From the NCBI GenBank assembly GCA_022510765.1, contig JAFLSU010000003.1, positions 5,508-69,507 of the forward strand: DNA of 64,000 nt, in the 5' to 3' direction. Of the stretch, positions 18,869-29,502 are shown in pieces. The stretch comes from Christensenellaceae bacterium (GTDB lineage Bacteria > Bacillota > Clostridia > Christensenellales > CAG-138). Positions within the stretch are counted from its first letter, which is position 1. Each line of letters opens with the position of its first letter. A program made the position numbers and the translations under genes. The notes below the pieces were generated by a model. That model saw only the letters and a program-made list of their open reading frames with translations, was not told the DNA's origin and searched no databases.

Positions 18869-19348
18869 TCATAACGCGCCTTTGCTTTTTAGGCTTTTGC
18901 GCAATTCGTTGACCGCATTTCGCGCCAATTCATCGCAGCGATTATTATATTCGTTATCGGCGTGTCCCTTAACTTTATGCCAATTAACTTTGTGAATTCT
19001 AATCAATCTAAGCAGCTCCTGCCATAGATCCTGGTTTTCAACATCCTTTTTGTTGGACGTCTTCCAGCCATTACGAACCCATACCCAGATCCAGTTTTGA
19101 TTGAATGCATTGCACAGATATGAGCTGTCCGTAAAAAGGTTCACTATGCAAGGTCGCTTAAGGCATTTCATTGCATGAATTGCTGCCGAAAGCTCCATGC
19201 GGTTATTGGTGGTCAACTCCTCAGCACCAGAAATCTCCTTTTTATGCTCTCCGTACATCAAAACTGCGCCCCAACCACCGATTCCCGGGTTGTTTGAGCA
19301 TGCACCATCCGTATAGATAACTACTTCGTCCATCGGTAATCGCACCAA
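18869..19348 (-). CDS. rnhA: Ribonuclease HI
   Basis: IYTDGACSNNPGIGGWGAVL, TNNRMELSAAI, FTDSSYL and VKGHADNEYNNRCDELA carry the DEDD catalytic residues. The start is uncertain (GTG at 19348 or ATG at 19333). Confidence 0.9.
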   Translation of the reverse strand: MVRLPMDEVVIYTDGACSNNPGIGGWGAVLMYGEHKKEISGAEELTTNNRMELSAAIHAMKCLKRPCIVNLFTDSSYLCNAFNQNWIWVWVRNGWKTSNKKDVENQDLWQELLRLIRIHKVNWHKVKGHADNEYNNRCDELARNAVNELRKSLKSKGAL

Positions 19349-19357
19349 AATAATATA

Positions 19358-20092
19358 TTATATGTTGACGGGAATAAATTTTGGTGTTCCCGATTCAAGC
19401 TCCCAATCCCCGCATACTCCGTTATGAGCGGCACCAAGTTCAATATGAAGCATCGCTATTCCACAGTCCACTTCGCCGTATCCAAAATTATTTGATATAT
19501 TAACTACAAACATATTGTCATTTTCAAACTCTAATTCCCAAGGTTGCTTGTTCATTGCAGACGGTGCAATGCGCGCACAGCGTACAGCATCCTGCTGCCA
19601 GGTGGGAAGCTCATTAAACTCATCCCTGCTCATGCATGTGATTTGCTCAAGACTTTTATGCTTTCTCGATTTAGAACCCGAACGGTTGTATTCTCCCACA
19701 GCAATTATGCACACCAACGTCTCTTCGGGTGAAAGGTTGATATATTGCTTAACTGTCGATTTTTTATATGAGGCACCAAGCCAGCATGTGCCAAGCCCCA
19801 TTGCGGTACACTCAAGAACGAACGCCTCGCCAATATACCCGCCCATGTATCTGCTTCCCTTCTTTGCGATAACTGCCGCAAAGCACTTTGTGCCGCTAAC
19901 GCCGCCCCTAAAGAGCATCGGCTTCAACACATTGCTTTTTGAAAGCAGCACCAGACGCGCTTCACCATTGCTGATATCCGCAGCAAAATCTTTTAGCTCT
20001 GAAAACAGCTCCTTATTAAGTGAATGACTATATTCGCGAACCGAAATGCGACGTCCTGCCGCATTGTACCATCTTTCCATTAAACTTTCCAT
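19358..20092 (-). CDS. Nitroreductase-family protein
   Basis: The nitroreductase-like motif RIAPSAMNKQPW is present, and the size and fold-typical composition fit. Substrate is unknown. Confidence 0.75.
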   Translation of the reverse strand: MESLMERWYNAAGRRISVREYSHSLNKELFSELKDFAADISNGEARLVLLSKSNVLKPMLFRGGVSGTKCFAAVIAKKGSRYMGGYIGEAFVLECTAMGLGTCWLGASYKKSTVKQYINLSPEETLVCIIAVGEYNRSGSKSRKHKSLEQITCMSRDEFNELPTWQQDAVRCARIAPSAMNKQPWELEFENDNMFVVNISNNFGYGEVDCGIAMLHIELGAAHNGVCGDWELESGTPKFIPVNI

Positions 20093-20122
20093 TTTAGCCC
20101 CCGATAAATATATCGTTATTGT

Positions 20123-22963
20123 TTAATTAAGAATTTGCCTGAGGTATTGCCCCGTATAGCTTTTTTCGCATCTTGCGACCTGCTCCGGGGTACCAAATGC
20201 GACAACATTGCCTCCGCGATTGCCACCCTCAGGTCCGAGATCGATAATGTAATCCGCCGTTTTGATAACGTCAAGATTATGCTCAATGACCAGCACACTG
20301 CTGCCGCTCTCGCAAAGCCGCTGAAGTATAGATAGCAGACGCTCAACGTCGGCAATATGCAGGCCCGTTGTGGGTTCGTCCAAAATGTACAAGGTTTTAC
20401 CCGTGTCCCTTCGCGCAAGTTCCGTAGCAAGTTTGACCCGCTGGGCTTCACCGCCAGAGAGCGTTGTTGAGGATTGTCCAAGCTTTATGTAACCAAGTCC
20501 CACATCATAGAGGGTTTGAAGTTTCTTAGCAATCTTTGGGATCGCAGCAAAGAAATCCAACGCCTGCTCAACCGTCATATCAAGCACGTCAGCAATGGAT
20601 TTACCGTGATAATGCACTTCAAGAGTTTCTCTGTTATAGCGCTTACCCTTACACACCTCGCACGGAACATAGACATCCGGCAAGAAATGCATTTCTATTT
20701 TAATTATACCATCACCGCGACAGGATTCGCAACGTCCTCCCTTTACGTTGAAGCTAAAACGTCCATTTCCGTAACCACGCATCTTTGCGTCGGGCGTTGA
20801 TGCGAAAATCTCGCGTATCAGGTCGAACAGGCCCGTATATGTCGCGGGATTGCTTCGCGGTGTGCGTCCGATCGGAGATTGATCGATATCAATAACCTTA
20901 TCAAGGTTTTCTATACCGTCCATTGAATCAAACTTTCCGGGATGAGTATGCGCGCGATTCAATTTATTAAGCAGCGTATTCTTTATTATTCCGTTCACGA
21001 GGCTTGATTTTCCGGAACCGGATACTCCGGTCACGCAGGTAAATACGCCAAGCGGAATATCGACGCTGATGTTATTCAGGTTATTCTCGCGACAGCCCTC
21101 AACATGCAGCCACTTCCCCGCCGCCGGCTTGCGCCTTTCACACGGGATTTCAATGGCCCGCTTTCCACAAAGATATTGACCCGTTATCGAATTCGGCTCA
21201 TTTATGACATCCTGAACCGTCCCCTGAGCGATGATCTTTCCGCCGTGCACACCCGGCCCGGGGCCTATGTCAACAAGATAATCTGCTGAGCGAATCGTTT
21301 CTTCATCGTGTTCAACAACGATAAGGGTATTTCCAAGATCGCGCAGTCCCTTTAATGTATCCAGCAACTTGGCGTTATCGCGCTGATGCAAGCCAATGCT
21401 CGGTTCGTCAAGTATGTATAATACGCCTACAAGACCCGAGCCGATTTGGGTCGCAAGCCTAATGCGCTGCGATTCACCGCCCGAAAGCGATGAGGCGGAA
21501 CGCGACAGCGTGAGATAGTCAAGCCCTACATTCAATAGGAAGTTCAACCTTGCAATGAGTTCTTTGAATATTCTTGAAGCAATTATCTCCTCGGACTCTG
21601 TGAGCGTGATTCCAGAAAGGAATTCAAGCACTTCGGAAATCGGCATATCACAGACGTCCGCGATGGATTTATCACCGATGGTAACGGCAAGGATCTCGGG
21701 TCTGAGCCTTTTTCCGCGGCAATCGGGACACGGAACATGACTCATATACTCTGCGTATGTGTCCTTCATTGATTCTGACTGAGTCTCGTGATACCTGCGT
21801 TCAAGGCTCGGAATGACACCCTCGAACGATGCTTCGAAGTATCCTCCGCCAAAATCCTTTTCATAGGCAATATGGAGTTTTTTATTTTGAGTTCCATAAA
21901 GGACAACATTTCTTGCTTTTTCGGAAAGCTCCTGCCACGGAGTATCAAGCGAAAAGCCATATTCCTCGGAGAGCGCGGCAAAATACATCGACGCAATGCT
22001 GCCGCTGCTTGAATTCCATCCGGTCGCGACTATAGCTCCTTCGTTTATCGATTTCGTGCGGTCGGGTATGATCAGATTTTCGTCCATCCTTTCCATAAAG
22101 CCAAGTCCGGAGCATGTGGCGCATGCGCCATATGGATTGTTGAATGAAAACATACGAGGAGACATTTCCTCTATGCTTATACCACAATCCGGACAGGCGT
22201 AGTGCTGAGAAAACAGCATCTCCTCCCCTCCTATTACTTCGGCCTTCGCAAGACCCTCTCCAAGCGCAAAAGCGGTTTCAAGCGAATCCGTCAGTCGAGT
22301 ATCAAGTCCCTCTTTAATGATCAGCCTGTCAATAATTACGTCAATATTATGCTTGATTTTTTTATCGAGCGCGGGGACATCGTTGATGTCGTATACCGTG
22401 CCGTCCACCTTCACTCGGACATAGCCATCCTTGCGTATTTGCTCAAAGATCTTTACATGCTCTCCCTTTCGCCCTCGGATAACAGGTGCAATTATCTGGA
22501 TCCGCGTGCCTTCTTCAAGCGTTTTTATCTTGTCCACGACCTGATCTATGCTCTGCCGCGAAATCACTCTGCCGCATTTTGGGCAATGCGGTATGCCTAT
22601 CCTTGCGAAGAGTAGACGGAGATAGTCATTTATTTCCGTAACCGTACCCACCGTGGAACGAGGATTGTTCGATGTGCTTTTTTGATCTATCGATACGGCG
22701 GGAGATAAACCTTCAATGTAATCCACATCGGGTTTGTCCATCTGCCCCAAGAACTGACGGGCATATGACGAAAGGGATTCAACATATCTGCGTTGTCCCT
22801 CAGCAAAAATCGTATCGAAAGCCAAAGAAGATTTTCCCGAACCCGAAAGCCCGGTGAACACTATCAGCTCGTCCCTCGGGATGACAAGATCAACATTCTT
22901 TAGGTTGTTTGCTCTTGCACCCTTTATAGTAATATAGTTCTTCATAATATTTTTCTCACTCAA
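20123..22963 (-). CDS. uvrA: Excinuclease ABC subunit A
   Basis: Two ABC modules ([15 protein letters not shown] and [11 protein letters not shown], with LSGGESQR and LSGGEAQR) plus zinc modules CPxC...CxxC. Length is 946 aa. Confidence 0.97.
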   Translation of the reverse strand: MSEKNIMKNYITIKGARANNLKNVDLVIPRDELIVFTGLSGSGKSSLAFDTIFAEGQRRYVESLSSYARQFLGQMDKPDVDYIEGLSPAVSIDQKSTSNNPRSTVGTVTEINDYLRLLFARIGIPHCPKCGRVISRQSIDQVVDKIKTLEEGTRIQIIAPVIRGRKGEHVKIFEQIRKDGYVRVKVDGTVYDINDVPALDKKIKHNIDVIIDRLIIKEGLDTRLTDSLETAFALGEGLAKAEVIGGEEMLFSQHYACPDCGISIEEMSPRMFSFNNPYGACATCSGLGFMERMDENLIIPDRTKSINEGAIVATGWNSSSGSIASMYFAALSEEYGFSLDTPWQELSEKARNVVLYGTQNKKLHIAYEKDFGGGYFEASFEGVIPSLERRYHETQSESMKDTYAEYMSHVPCPDCRGKRLRPEILAVTIGDKSIADVCDMPISEVLEFLSGITLTESEEIIASRIFKELIARLNFLLNVGLDYLTLSRSASSLSGGESQRIRLATQIGSGLVGVLYILDEPSIGLHQRDNAKLLDTLKGLRDLGNTLIVVEHDEETIRSADYLVDIGPGPGVHGGKIIAQGTVQDVINEPNSITGQYLCGKRAIEIPCERRKPAAGKWLHVEGCRENNLNNISVDIPLGVFTCVTGVSGSGKSSLVNGIIKNTLLNKLNRAHTHPGKFDSMDGIENLDKVIDIDQSPIGRTPRSNPATYTGLFDLIREIFASTPDAKMRGYGNGRFSFNVKGGRCESCRGDGIIKIEMHFLPDVYVPCEVCKGKRYNRETLEVHYHGKSIADVLDMTVEQALDFFAAIPKIAKKLQTLYDVGLGYIKLGQSSTTLSGGEAQRVKLATELARRDTGKTLYILDEPTTGLHIADVERLLSILQRLCESGSSVLVIEHNLDVIKTADYIIDLGPEGGNRGGNVVAFGTPEQVARCEKSYTGQYLRQILN

Positions 22964-22967
22964 TTAT

Positions 22968-24992
22968 CTATTTTCTCGTTCTGCCGCGAGCTTTACGTCT
23001 GCTGCCCGGAGTGCCCGGTTTTGCAGCGGGTCTCGGATCCGAATCCTTGCCCTGAAGCTTATAAAGCTCGTCACGAAGCTTTGCTGCTTCCTCAAATTCA
23101 AGCTCCATAGCAGCACGCTGCATTTCGGAACGGAGGTATGCTATCTTTTCGTTCAATTCTTCCTCACTCATACCTGAGGAAGCGTCCTTGATTGCCGATG
23201 CTATCTCAATAACGCCATGAACCGATTTTTTGACGCTTTGCGGTATGATGCCATGCTCGGTATTGAAGGCCTGCTGTTTGCTGCGGCGTCGTTCCGTTTC
23301 GTCGATAGCACGCTTCATTGAATCCGTTATCGTATCGGCATACATTACAACGTATCCGTCAACGTTTCTTGCCGCGCGCCCTATCGTCTGTATCAGTGAT
23401 GTTGTAGACCTTAGAAAGCCCTCGCGATCGGCATCGAGTATAGCGACCAGGCCGACCTCCGGCAAATCAAGTCCTTCACGCAGTAGGTTTATACCAACAA
23501 GCACATCGAATTCGCCTAATCTCAAATCACGAATGATCTCCATTCGCTCTATTGTTTCGATGTCTGAATGCATATACCTTACTCTGATACCTATAGCGTC
23601 CAGATGCTCGGTTAGCATCTCAGCCATACGCTTCGTCAGCGTCGTTGCAAGCACGCGATAGCCCTTCTCTCGATTCTTATGTATCTCCCCTATCAAATCA
23701 TCTATCTGTCCCTTTACGGGACGAACGAAAATCTCGGGGTCTACCAAGCCGGTTGGGCGAATGATCTGCTCGGCAACTCGGGAAGCTCGGGATAGCTCAT
23801 ACTCGGCAGGCGTTGCGCTTACGCATACAAGCTGGTGTATTCGCTGCTCAAATTCCTCAAAAGTCAACGGGCGATTGTCGTAAGCGCTCGGTATGCGGAA
23901 TCCAAAATCCACAAGCTCCTTTTTTCGCGCATAATCCCCTCGATACATCGCACGAATCTGTGGAATTGTCGTATGCGACTCATCAATTATAGTCAGGTAA
24001 TCACCCTGAAAATAATCCATAAGCGTAAATGGAGGTTGTCCCGGTTTACGACCGTCAAAGTATCGGGAATAGTTCTCGACGCCGGAGCAATAGCCAATCT
24101 CCCTCATCATTTCAATATCATACCTTGTGCGCTGCTCAAGGCGCTGCGCTTCAACAAGCTTATTATCATTGCGCAGATCTTCCACCCTTGCAATCATATC
24201 GCACCCAATTTCCTCAAGAGATTCTTCCATTTTTTCCTTGCCCGTTGCATAGTGGGTAGCAGGAAATATTACCGAGTGCGCAAGGGAAGTAAGCGGGACT
24301 CCGGTAACAACATTGATTTCGCTTATAGCGTCGATTTCATCACCGAAGAACTCTACACGAATTGCCTTATCCGAAGCGTTCATCGGGAAAATCTCGACAA
24401 CATCTCCCCTAACTCTGAAATTTCCACGCGCAAACTCGTAATCATTGCGTTGATACTGTATCTCGACCAAGCGCATCAAAAGCTGTTCCCTCGGATAGGA
24501 CATTCCACGGCGCAAAGAAATGCTCATTCGCATATACTCTTCGGGACTTCCGAGAGCATATATGCATGAAACGGACGCGACAATGATAACGTCCTTGCGT
24601 TCGTTGAGCGAACAGGTCGCGCTATGCCGCAATCTGTCGATATCCTGATTGACATCAGCAGTCTTTTCTATGTAGGTATCCGAAGATGCAATATATGCCT
24701 CGGGCTGATAGTAATCATAGTATGAAACGAAATATTCAACGGCATTATTCGGAAAAAACTCACGAAACTCGGTGCAGAGCTGTGCCGCAAGGGTCTTATT
24801 ATGCGCGATAACAAGCGTGGGCTTCTGCACACGTTCGATCAGTTTAGCCATGGTATATGTTTTGCCCGAGCCGGTTACGCCAAGCAGCACCTGCACCCTA
24901 TCCCCTGCCGCAATACCGCCGGCAAGGGTATCGATCGCCTGTGGCTGGTCACCCTGCGGTTCAAAGGGCGAAACGACCTTGAATTCTGCCAT
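22968..24992 (-). CDS. uvrB: Excinuclease ABC subunit B
   Basis: [21 protein letters not shown], helicase motifs and a C-terminal UVR domain ([12 protein letters not shown]). ATG at 24992 has GGAG 6 nt upstream. The ORF track start at 25004 lacks an SD. Confidence 0.97.
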   Translation of the reverse strand: MAEFKVVSPFEPQGDQPQAIDTLAGGIAAGDRVQVLLGVTGSGKTYTMAKLIERVQKPTLVIAHNKTLAAQLCTEFREFFPNNAVEYFVSYYDYYQPEAYIASSDTYIEKTADVNQDIDRLRHSATCSLNERKDVIIVASVSCIYALGSPEEYMRMSISLRRGMSYPREQLLMRLVEIQYQRNDYEFARGNFRVRGDVVEIFPMNASDKAIRVEFFGDEIDAISEINVVTGVPLTSLAHSVIFPATHYATGKEKMEESLEEIGCDMIARVEDLRNDNKLVEAQRLEQRTRYDIEMMREIGYCSGVENYSRYFDGRKPGQPPFTLMDYFQGDYLTIIDESHTTIPQIRAMYRGDYARKKELVDFGFRIPSAYDNRPLTFEEFEQRIHQLVCVSATPAEYELSRASRVAEQIIRPTGLVDPEIFVRPVKGQIDDLIGEIHKNREKGYRVLATTLTKRMAEMLTEHLDAIGIRVRYMHSDIETIERMEIIRDLRLGEFDVLVGINLLREGLDLPEVGLVAILDADREGFLRSTTSLIQTIGRAARNVDGYVVMYADTITDSMKRAIDETERRRSKQQAFNTEHGIIPQSVKKSVHGVIEIASAIKDASSGMSEEELNEKIAYLRSEMQRAAMELEFEEAAKLRDELYKLQGKDSDPRPAAKPGTPGSRRKARGRTRK

Positions 24993-25136
24993 TCTAAGCT
25001 CCATTCATGTAGATGCTTATAATTATACCACAATTATTTATAACATAAAACACCGCCGCACAGGCTTGATTATGTGGAGTCGGTATAAATGCAACGCAAT
25101 TAAGTTCATTGCATCAAATTCCATGGATCGGACAAG

Positions 25137-26543
25137 TTAGAACTTAAAGTAGATAAACGGGTTATATCCTCCCGCCACGAGCGAAGCCGTACACAGCACC
25201 AGCGCAGCCAAAATGAGGACTACTTCCGCCCAACGACACCATGCCCTACCCTTGTATCGGTCATACAGGTTTTTGAATAACGGCGTTGAAGCGATGATTG
25301 CGGCTATCAATATGGGCATGTATGCAATTATGTACACAAACGCTTCATGTGAAATTAGTCCCGCTCCGCATCCCGTGAACAATGATGCGGCAAAGCTCCC
25401 AAGCTGCTTCGTATCCGTGAAATCGAATAGCAACCATCCGAAAATCACCAGAAGCAACGCATATATATGCGCAAGAAATTTTGGAATACGTTCAAGATAT
25501 TTAAGCAAAAACAACTTTTCTATCATGATGATCAGTCCGAAATACGCCCCCCAGAGCACGAAATTCCAACTGGCGCCATGCCAAAGTCCCGTAAGACTCC
25601 ATACTATGGCGGTATTTATAAGCGTCCTCGAAAGCCCCTTGCGGTTTCCACCGAGCGGAATATAGACGTATTCACGAAACCATGTCGAGAGCGATATATG
25701 CCACCTGCGCCAGAACTCCGTTATGCTCTTGGAAATATATGGATAGTTGAAGTTTTTAAGGAACTCAAAGCCGAACATACGCCCAAGACCTATGGCCATC
25801 TCCGAGTATCCGCAAAAATCAAAATAAATCTGCAAGCTGAACGCGATCAGGCCTGTCCACGATCCAAGCACCCCATTGGTTGCGGAACCTTCACGAAGGT
25901 ATTGCCATAAGGATGCCATTTGATTTGCAATAAGTACCTTTTTGGCAAGACCTATGGTGAACAGCTTCACCCCCGATGCAAAATCATCAATGTTTTCACG
26001 CCTGTCCACAAGTTGCGCAGCAATATCCTTATAGCGAACGATCGGTCCTGCAATTAACTGAGGAAACAGCGCAACATAGGTGCCAAAATAAACGGGATTC
26101 CTCTGCACGGTTGTGTCATTGCGATAAACGTCAATAACATAACTCATCGCTTGGAAAGTATAGAATGATATGCCTATAGGAAGGGGGATGATGGGCGTTG
26201 CATAGGATCTAAGGATCGGAAGGAACGACTTAAGAGTATCGAAAATAAACCCTGTATACTTGAAAATGCCGAGCAACAACAGGTTTACAGCTATGGAGGA
26301 AACAAGAACAGCTTTGCATTTCTTTTTATTACTGCGAAAACGTTCGACGAGCATACCTGCCGTATAATTCAGCAGGATCGAGAATATCATGAGGACAATA
26401 AATGAAGGCTCCCCCCATCCGTAGAACAGAAGGCTGCAAACGCAAAGCACGATATTGCGATACTTGCGATTAGGTATTAGGAAATATAGCGCAAGCACCA
26501 CAACAAAATACAAAAACATGAAAAGAAGGCTTGAAAATACCAT
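25137..26543 (-). CDS. MBOAT-family membrane O-acyltransferase (AlgI/DltB/PatA-like)
   Basis: Polytopic membrane protein with the MBOAT His region FWRRWHISLSTWFREYVYIPLGG. The start codon overlaps the upstream gene's stop by 1 nt (TAATG at 26541..26545). Confidence 0.9.
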   Translation of the reverse strand: MVFSSLLFMFLYFVVVLALYFLIPNRKYRNIVLCVCSLLFYGWGEPSFIVLMIFSILLNYTAGMLVERFRSNKKKCKAVLVSSIAVNLLLLGIFKYTGFIFDTLKSFLPILRSYATPIIPLPIGISFYTFQAMSYVIDVYRNDTTVQRNPVYFGTYVALFPQLIAGPIVRYKDIAAQLVDRRENIDDFASGVKLFTIGLAKKVLIANQMASLWQYLREGSATNGVLGSWTGLIAFSLQIYFDFCGYSEMAIGLGRMFGFEFLKNFNYPYISKSITEFWRRWHISLSTWFREYVYIPLGGNRKGLSRTLINTAIVWSLTGLWHGASWNFVLWGAYFGLIIMIEKLFLLKYLERIPKFLAHIYALLLVIFGWLLFDFTDTKQLGSFAASLFTGCGAGLISHEAFVYIIAYMPILIAAIIASTPLFKNLYDRYKGRAWCRWAEVVLILAALVLCTASLVAGGYNPFIYFKF

Positions 26544-27016
26544 TATCCGATGTTTTCCTTCATAATTCTCATTAGTTCGTTATACTCATCGCAAACAACG
26601 AAATATACATAGTTTCCAATCCTGACGACAGAGGATTGTTTGATTTTACCGTATTCGTAAGCACTGTACTTTTCCGCAATGTTAGCCTTTGTGGTCAGGC
26701 GGGCCTTTAGTATGCTTTCCAACGTCTTTGCGTACTTAACGTTGGTTGTCTCGAAAATTGCGACCTCGTCGGCATTGGTGGAGTAGTTTTCGGACATATA
26801 AAATGCTGCTTGTTTAATGTTATCGGTCTCAATGCCATAGATTTCAAACATATCACGGTTGGATACGGGGATCATCGTAGCTAAATACCCCGTTGCGGCG
26901 AGCTTGTCGAATACTGCCTGTACATTCGCATCCTTTGCTTCTGACGGTTTGCAGGAGACAAGGAATGAAATTGCGGCCATCGCCGTGATGAGATAGGTTA
27001 TAACGCGTTTAATCAT
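26543..27016 (-). CDS. DUF4358-like lipoprotein
   Basis: Signal peptide with lipobox FLVSC. The overall pattern (ADEVAIFETT..., YVYFVVCDEY...) matches what I recall of DUF4358. This assignment is from memory, not a search. Confidence 0.65.
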   Translation of the reverse strand: MIKRVITYLITAMAAISFLVSCKPSEAKDANVQAVFDKLAATGYLATMIPVSNRDMFEIYGIETDNIKQAAFYMSENYSTNADEVAIFETTNVKYAKTLESILKARLTTKANIAEKYSAYEYGKIKQSSVVRIGNYVYFVVCDEYNELMRIMKENIG

Positions 27017-27057
27017 AAAAACAATATTTCCTCACATTTGTAAACAATTAGTAAACT

Positions 27058-27912
27058 TTATTCGAATACTATTGCCCCATAGCCAAGTATATGCCTTGCA
27101 GCAAGGCTCCTCAAAACCTGAGCCCACACAGCATATGCCGCACGGGTCTGGTGAACATACTGATCCGAACTGAATTCATTCGGAACATAGCCCTCTTCGT
27201 CAATTAGATGGCTTGCAATATTGATGAACTCCATTCCCCTTTCATTACATAAATTGATAAGCCCGCGATTAAACTTATATATATTGGAATTGTTCAATAC
27301 TTCGCGTTCGCTTCCCTTATACATATACATTGAGCTAATCACAAAGATTTCCGCATCCGGGTTTGATTCATTTATATTATCTATTACCTTTGTGTAATTT
27401 TCTAAAGCGCCGTCTACTCCCCATATCGTGAGATCGTTCATTCCAAAAAGAATAAATATCTTTTTCGCGCCAATTAATTTGACTGAATCCCAAATAAGGT
27501 GCTGTTCCCCCAAGTAAACCGGATGCAAGCTATTTTCAGAAACCGGTTCAAGCGCGTGACCCACACCGTAGCTTCCTTCACAGAGAAAGCGCGTTTCACC
27601 AAAAAACTTGGTATTCTGCTGCAGCATTATATTATTGTAGTTTTTCCAGCCGATTGTAAGTGAATCTCCCACGAATACCGCATCGGAAAACCACTCCTCG
27701 CATTCCGACTCGGAAAGACCGTAAAGCTCTAACGGCATGGTGTTGCGCGCTGGCATATCCGCTGTACCTATGGATACTTTTTCATCGAACGGTTCAGGCG
27801 TATTAACATTCAAAATACCGATATCCGGTTCGTTCTTCAGACAACCAGTAAGCATTGAGGTTGCCGGCAGTATAACTGCTAACAGATGCGCCATAAGACG
27901 ACTTAGCTTCAT
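27058..27912 (-). CDS. SGNH/GDSL-family lipoprotein hydrolase or acyltransferase (PatB/DltD-like candidate)
   Basis: Lipobox MLTGC. Block I is FVGDSLT (Ser), block III is GMNDL, and block V is DQYVH (Asp-x-x-His). Confidence 0.75.
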   Translation of the reverse strand: MKLSRLMAHLLAVILPATSMLTGCLKNEPDIGILNVNTPEPFDEKVSIGTADMPARNTMPLELYGLSESECEEWFSDAVFVGDSLTIGWKNYNNIMLQQNTKFFGETRFLCEGSYGVGHALEPVSENSLHPVYLGEQHLIWDSVKLIGAKKIFILFGMNDLTIWGVDGALENYTKVIDNINESNPDAEIFVISSMYMYKGSEREVLNNSNIYKFNRGLINLCNERGMEFINIASHLIDEEGYVPNEFSSDQYVHQTRAAYAVWAQVLRSLAARHILGYGAIVFE

Positions 27913-28013
27913 TCTTTACTTAACCTTCTTTATTAAACTCCTTATATCACATCGGGGCATCGGTGTACAATACACATATGCCCCAGAATGGGGATATTTT
28001 ACCACACGTTAAA

Positions 28014-28811
28014 TTACATGTCAAACCGAGACATGGTCATAGGTATCATGTTCCCCTCAAAACACTCACTTGGTGAATCGGTCATGAATACCTTCAATTC
28101 CGTTTGAGTTTCGGTGCATACGGCAAGCAGAGCGTTCCTTGAATCCAACACTTCATTGCCTCTTCTGCATTCCGAAACAACCAGTTTTAACATGTCAACG
28201 GGATATTGCACCCCATTCGCGTTTGCACGGATGTAGTTTCTATTCTTATCATATAGAAAGCTTTTCATTCCGCCACCGAGTCCTGCGCCTGTAAGTTTAA
28301 GGACACTCTCCTTTGCAGTCCACGCTTGCAGAATATAGTCGTCTGCATCCATAGAGCCGCAAAGCTTTTCTTCCTTGTCCGGCGCAATCGGCTTTCTTAA
28401 CTCTATCAATTTCCTGAACTCTGCCAACTCCTCATCACAGAGAATCCTTGCTGCCAACAAGTGGTTCACAGGCCGAATCCTCTCGACATCAATGCCCACT
28501 CTTTGATGTGATACTGCGCATGCCGCTATACCATGCGTATGAGTTATGCTGATATATCCTCCCTCCATGCATGGCATACCGCAGGCGGCATAGTTATATC
28601 GCGGTGGCGCGTAATCACGTCCTATCGACTTCATCGCTGCACACACCGTAATCTCCGCCGCAGCAAGCTGCACGCGCATGTCGGAGTGTCTGCAGTTCTC
28701 GATCTTGCGCATTCGTTCTTCGGAAAAAAACGGAAAAAACTCCTCAATATTGAATCCTTTTCCATAATCGAGTACAAACACTCGCGTAACATTTGATTCA
28801 TTCATGACCAT
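28014..28811 (-). CDS. Sfp-type 4'-phosphopantetheinyl transferase
   Basis: Motifs VGIDVERIRP and WTAKESVLKLTGAGL ((W/F)xxKE(S/A)xxK) are present. The length of about 260 aa suggests the Sfp rather than the AcpS class. Confidence 0.8.
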   Translation of the reverse strand: MVMNESNVTRVFVLDYGKGFNIEEFFPFFSEERMRKIENCRHSDMRVQLAAAEITVCAAMKSIGRDYAPPRYNYAACGMPCMEGGYISITHTHGIAACAVSHQRVGIDVERIRPVNHLLAARILCDEELAEFRKLIELRKPIAPDKEEKLCGSMDADDYILQAWTAKESVLKLTGAGLGGGMKSFLYDKNRNYIRANANGVQYPVDMLKLVVSECRRGNEVLDSRNALLAVCTETQTELKVFMTDSPSECFEGNMIPMTMSRFDM

Positions 28812-29103
28812 AATTTAGCATCTTCGCCTGCATACGTCAATATCTCGCAGCAATTTTAAGAAAATTATCAATATTTAATATCTTTTATAGCTGTATCATA
28901 ATTAAAATATTGATTTCATTTTTAAAGCATTATTAATACAATGAGATGTTAAAAGGACACCTGTTTACAACATATATAAATAATGAAGTAGATTTTCTAT
29001 GTTCATTTTAGGGAATAATGATTTACAGTGAAAATCGTTTAAATTTCCGAATTTTTATGTGGTCACGAACGGAATCCACTGTTACAATTTCAATTATTTA
29101 CAT

Positions 29104-29133
29104 GTAATATCGTCGTCAAAATCGGACAAATTA
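29104..29133 (+). promoter_or_regulatory. Candidate forespore (sigma-G-type) promoter for the SASP genes
   Basis: GTAATA (29104..29109), 17-nt spacer, CAAATTA (29127..29133). This resembles the B. subtilis sigma-G pattern GHATA-N17/18-CAxAxTA. It is a pattern match only. Confidence 0.3.
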
Positions 29134-29248
29134 AGAGCAACACGGTGAGCGAAACGGATCCCGAACCGTGATACACCGCTCGAATCGCCTTCGGTCACTT
29201 AGGAGAAAGGCAAGGCGACTCGAGTGGGATCAGAAGGAGGTGAAAAGA

Positions 29249-29452
29249 ATGTCCAGCAGAAGCAATAGGGTACTCGTACCCGAAGCAAAACAGGCGATGG
29301 AGCAGTTTAAGACCGAGGTCGCGAACTCCATGAACATTACCCTTAACGATGGGTACAACGGCGATATCTCCGCTCGTGACGCAGGCCGCATCGGCGGTCA
29401 GATGGTCAAGCGCATGATCAGCTATGCCGAAAACAACATGCCGAGCAAATAA
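29249..29452 (+). CDS. Small acid-soluble spore protein, alpha/beta type
   Basis: KTEVANSMNITL...GYNGDISARDAGRIGGQMVKRMI matches the two conserved alpha/beta SASP blocks. ATG at 29249 follows AAGGAGGTG. The upstream 27 codons of the ORF track have no support. Confidence 0.92.
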   Translation: MSSRSNRVLVPEAKQAMEQFKTEVANSMNITLNDGYNGDISARDAGRIGGQMVKRMISYAENNMPSK

Positions 29453-29502
29453 ATTTAATATAGATTATTTATCGGAACAACAAATTTTATGAAAGGAGAA
29501 AA

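Noticed and set aside
29168-29248. A 27-codon N-terminal extension of the first SASP ORF (MIHRSNRLRSLRRKARRLEWDQKEVKR).
   Set aside because: A strong SD (AAGGAGGTG) sits immediately before the internal ATG at 29249, and SASPs are 60-75 aa. The extension is leader RNA.
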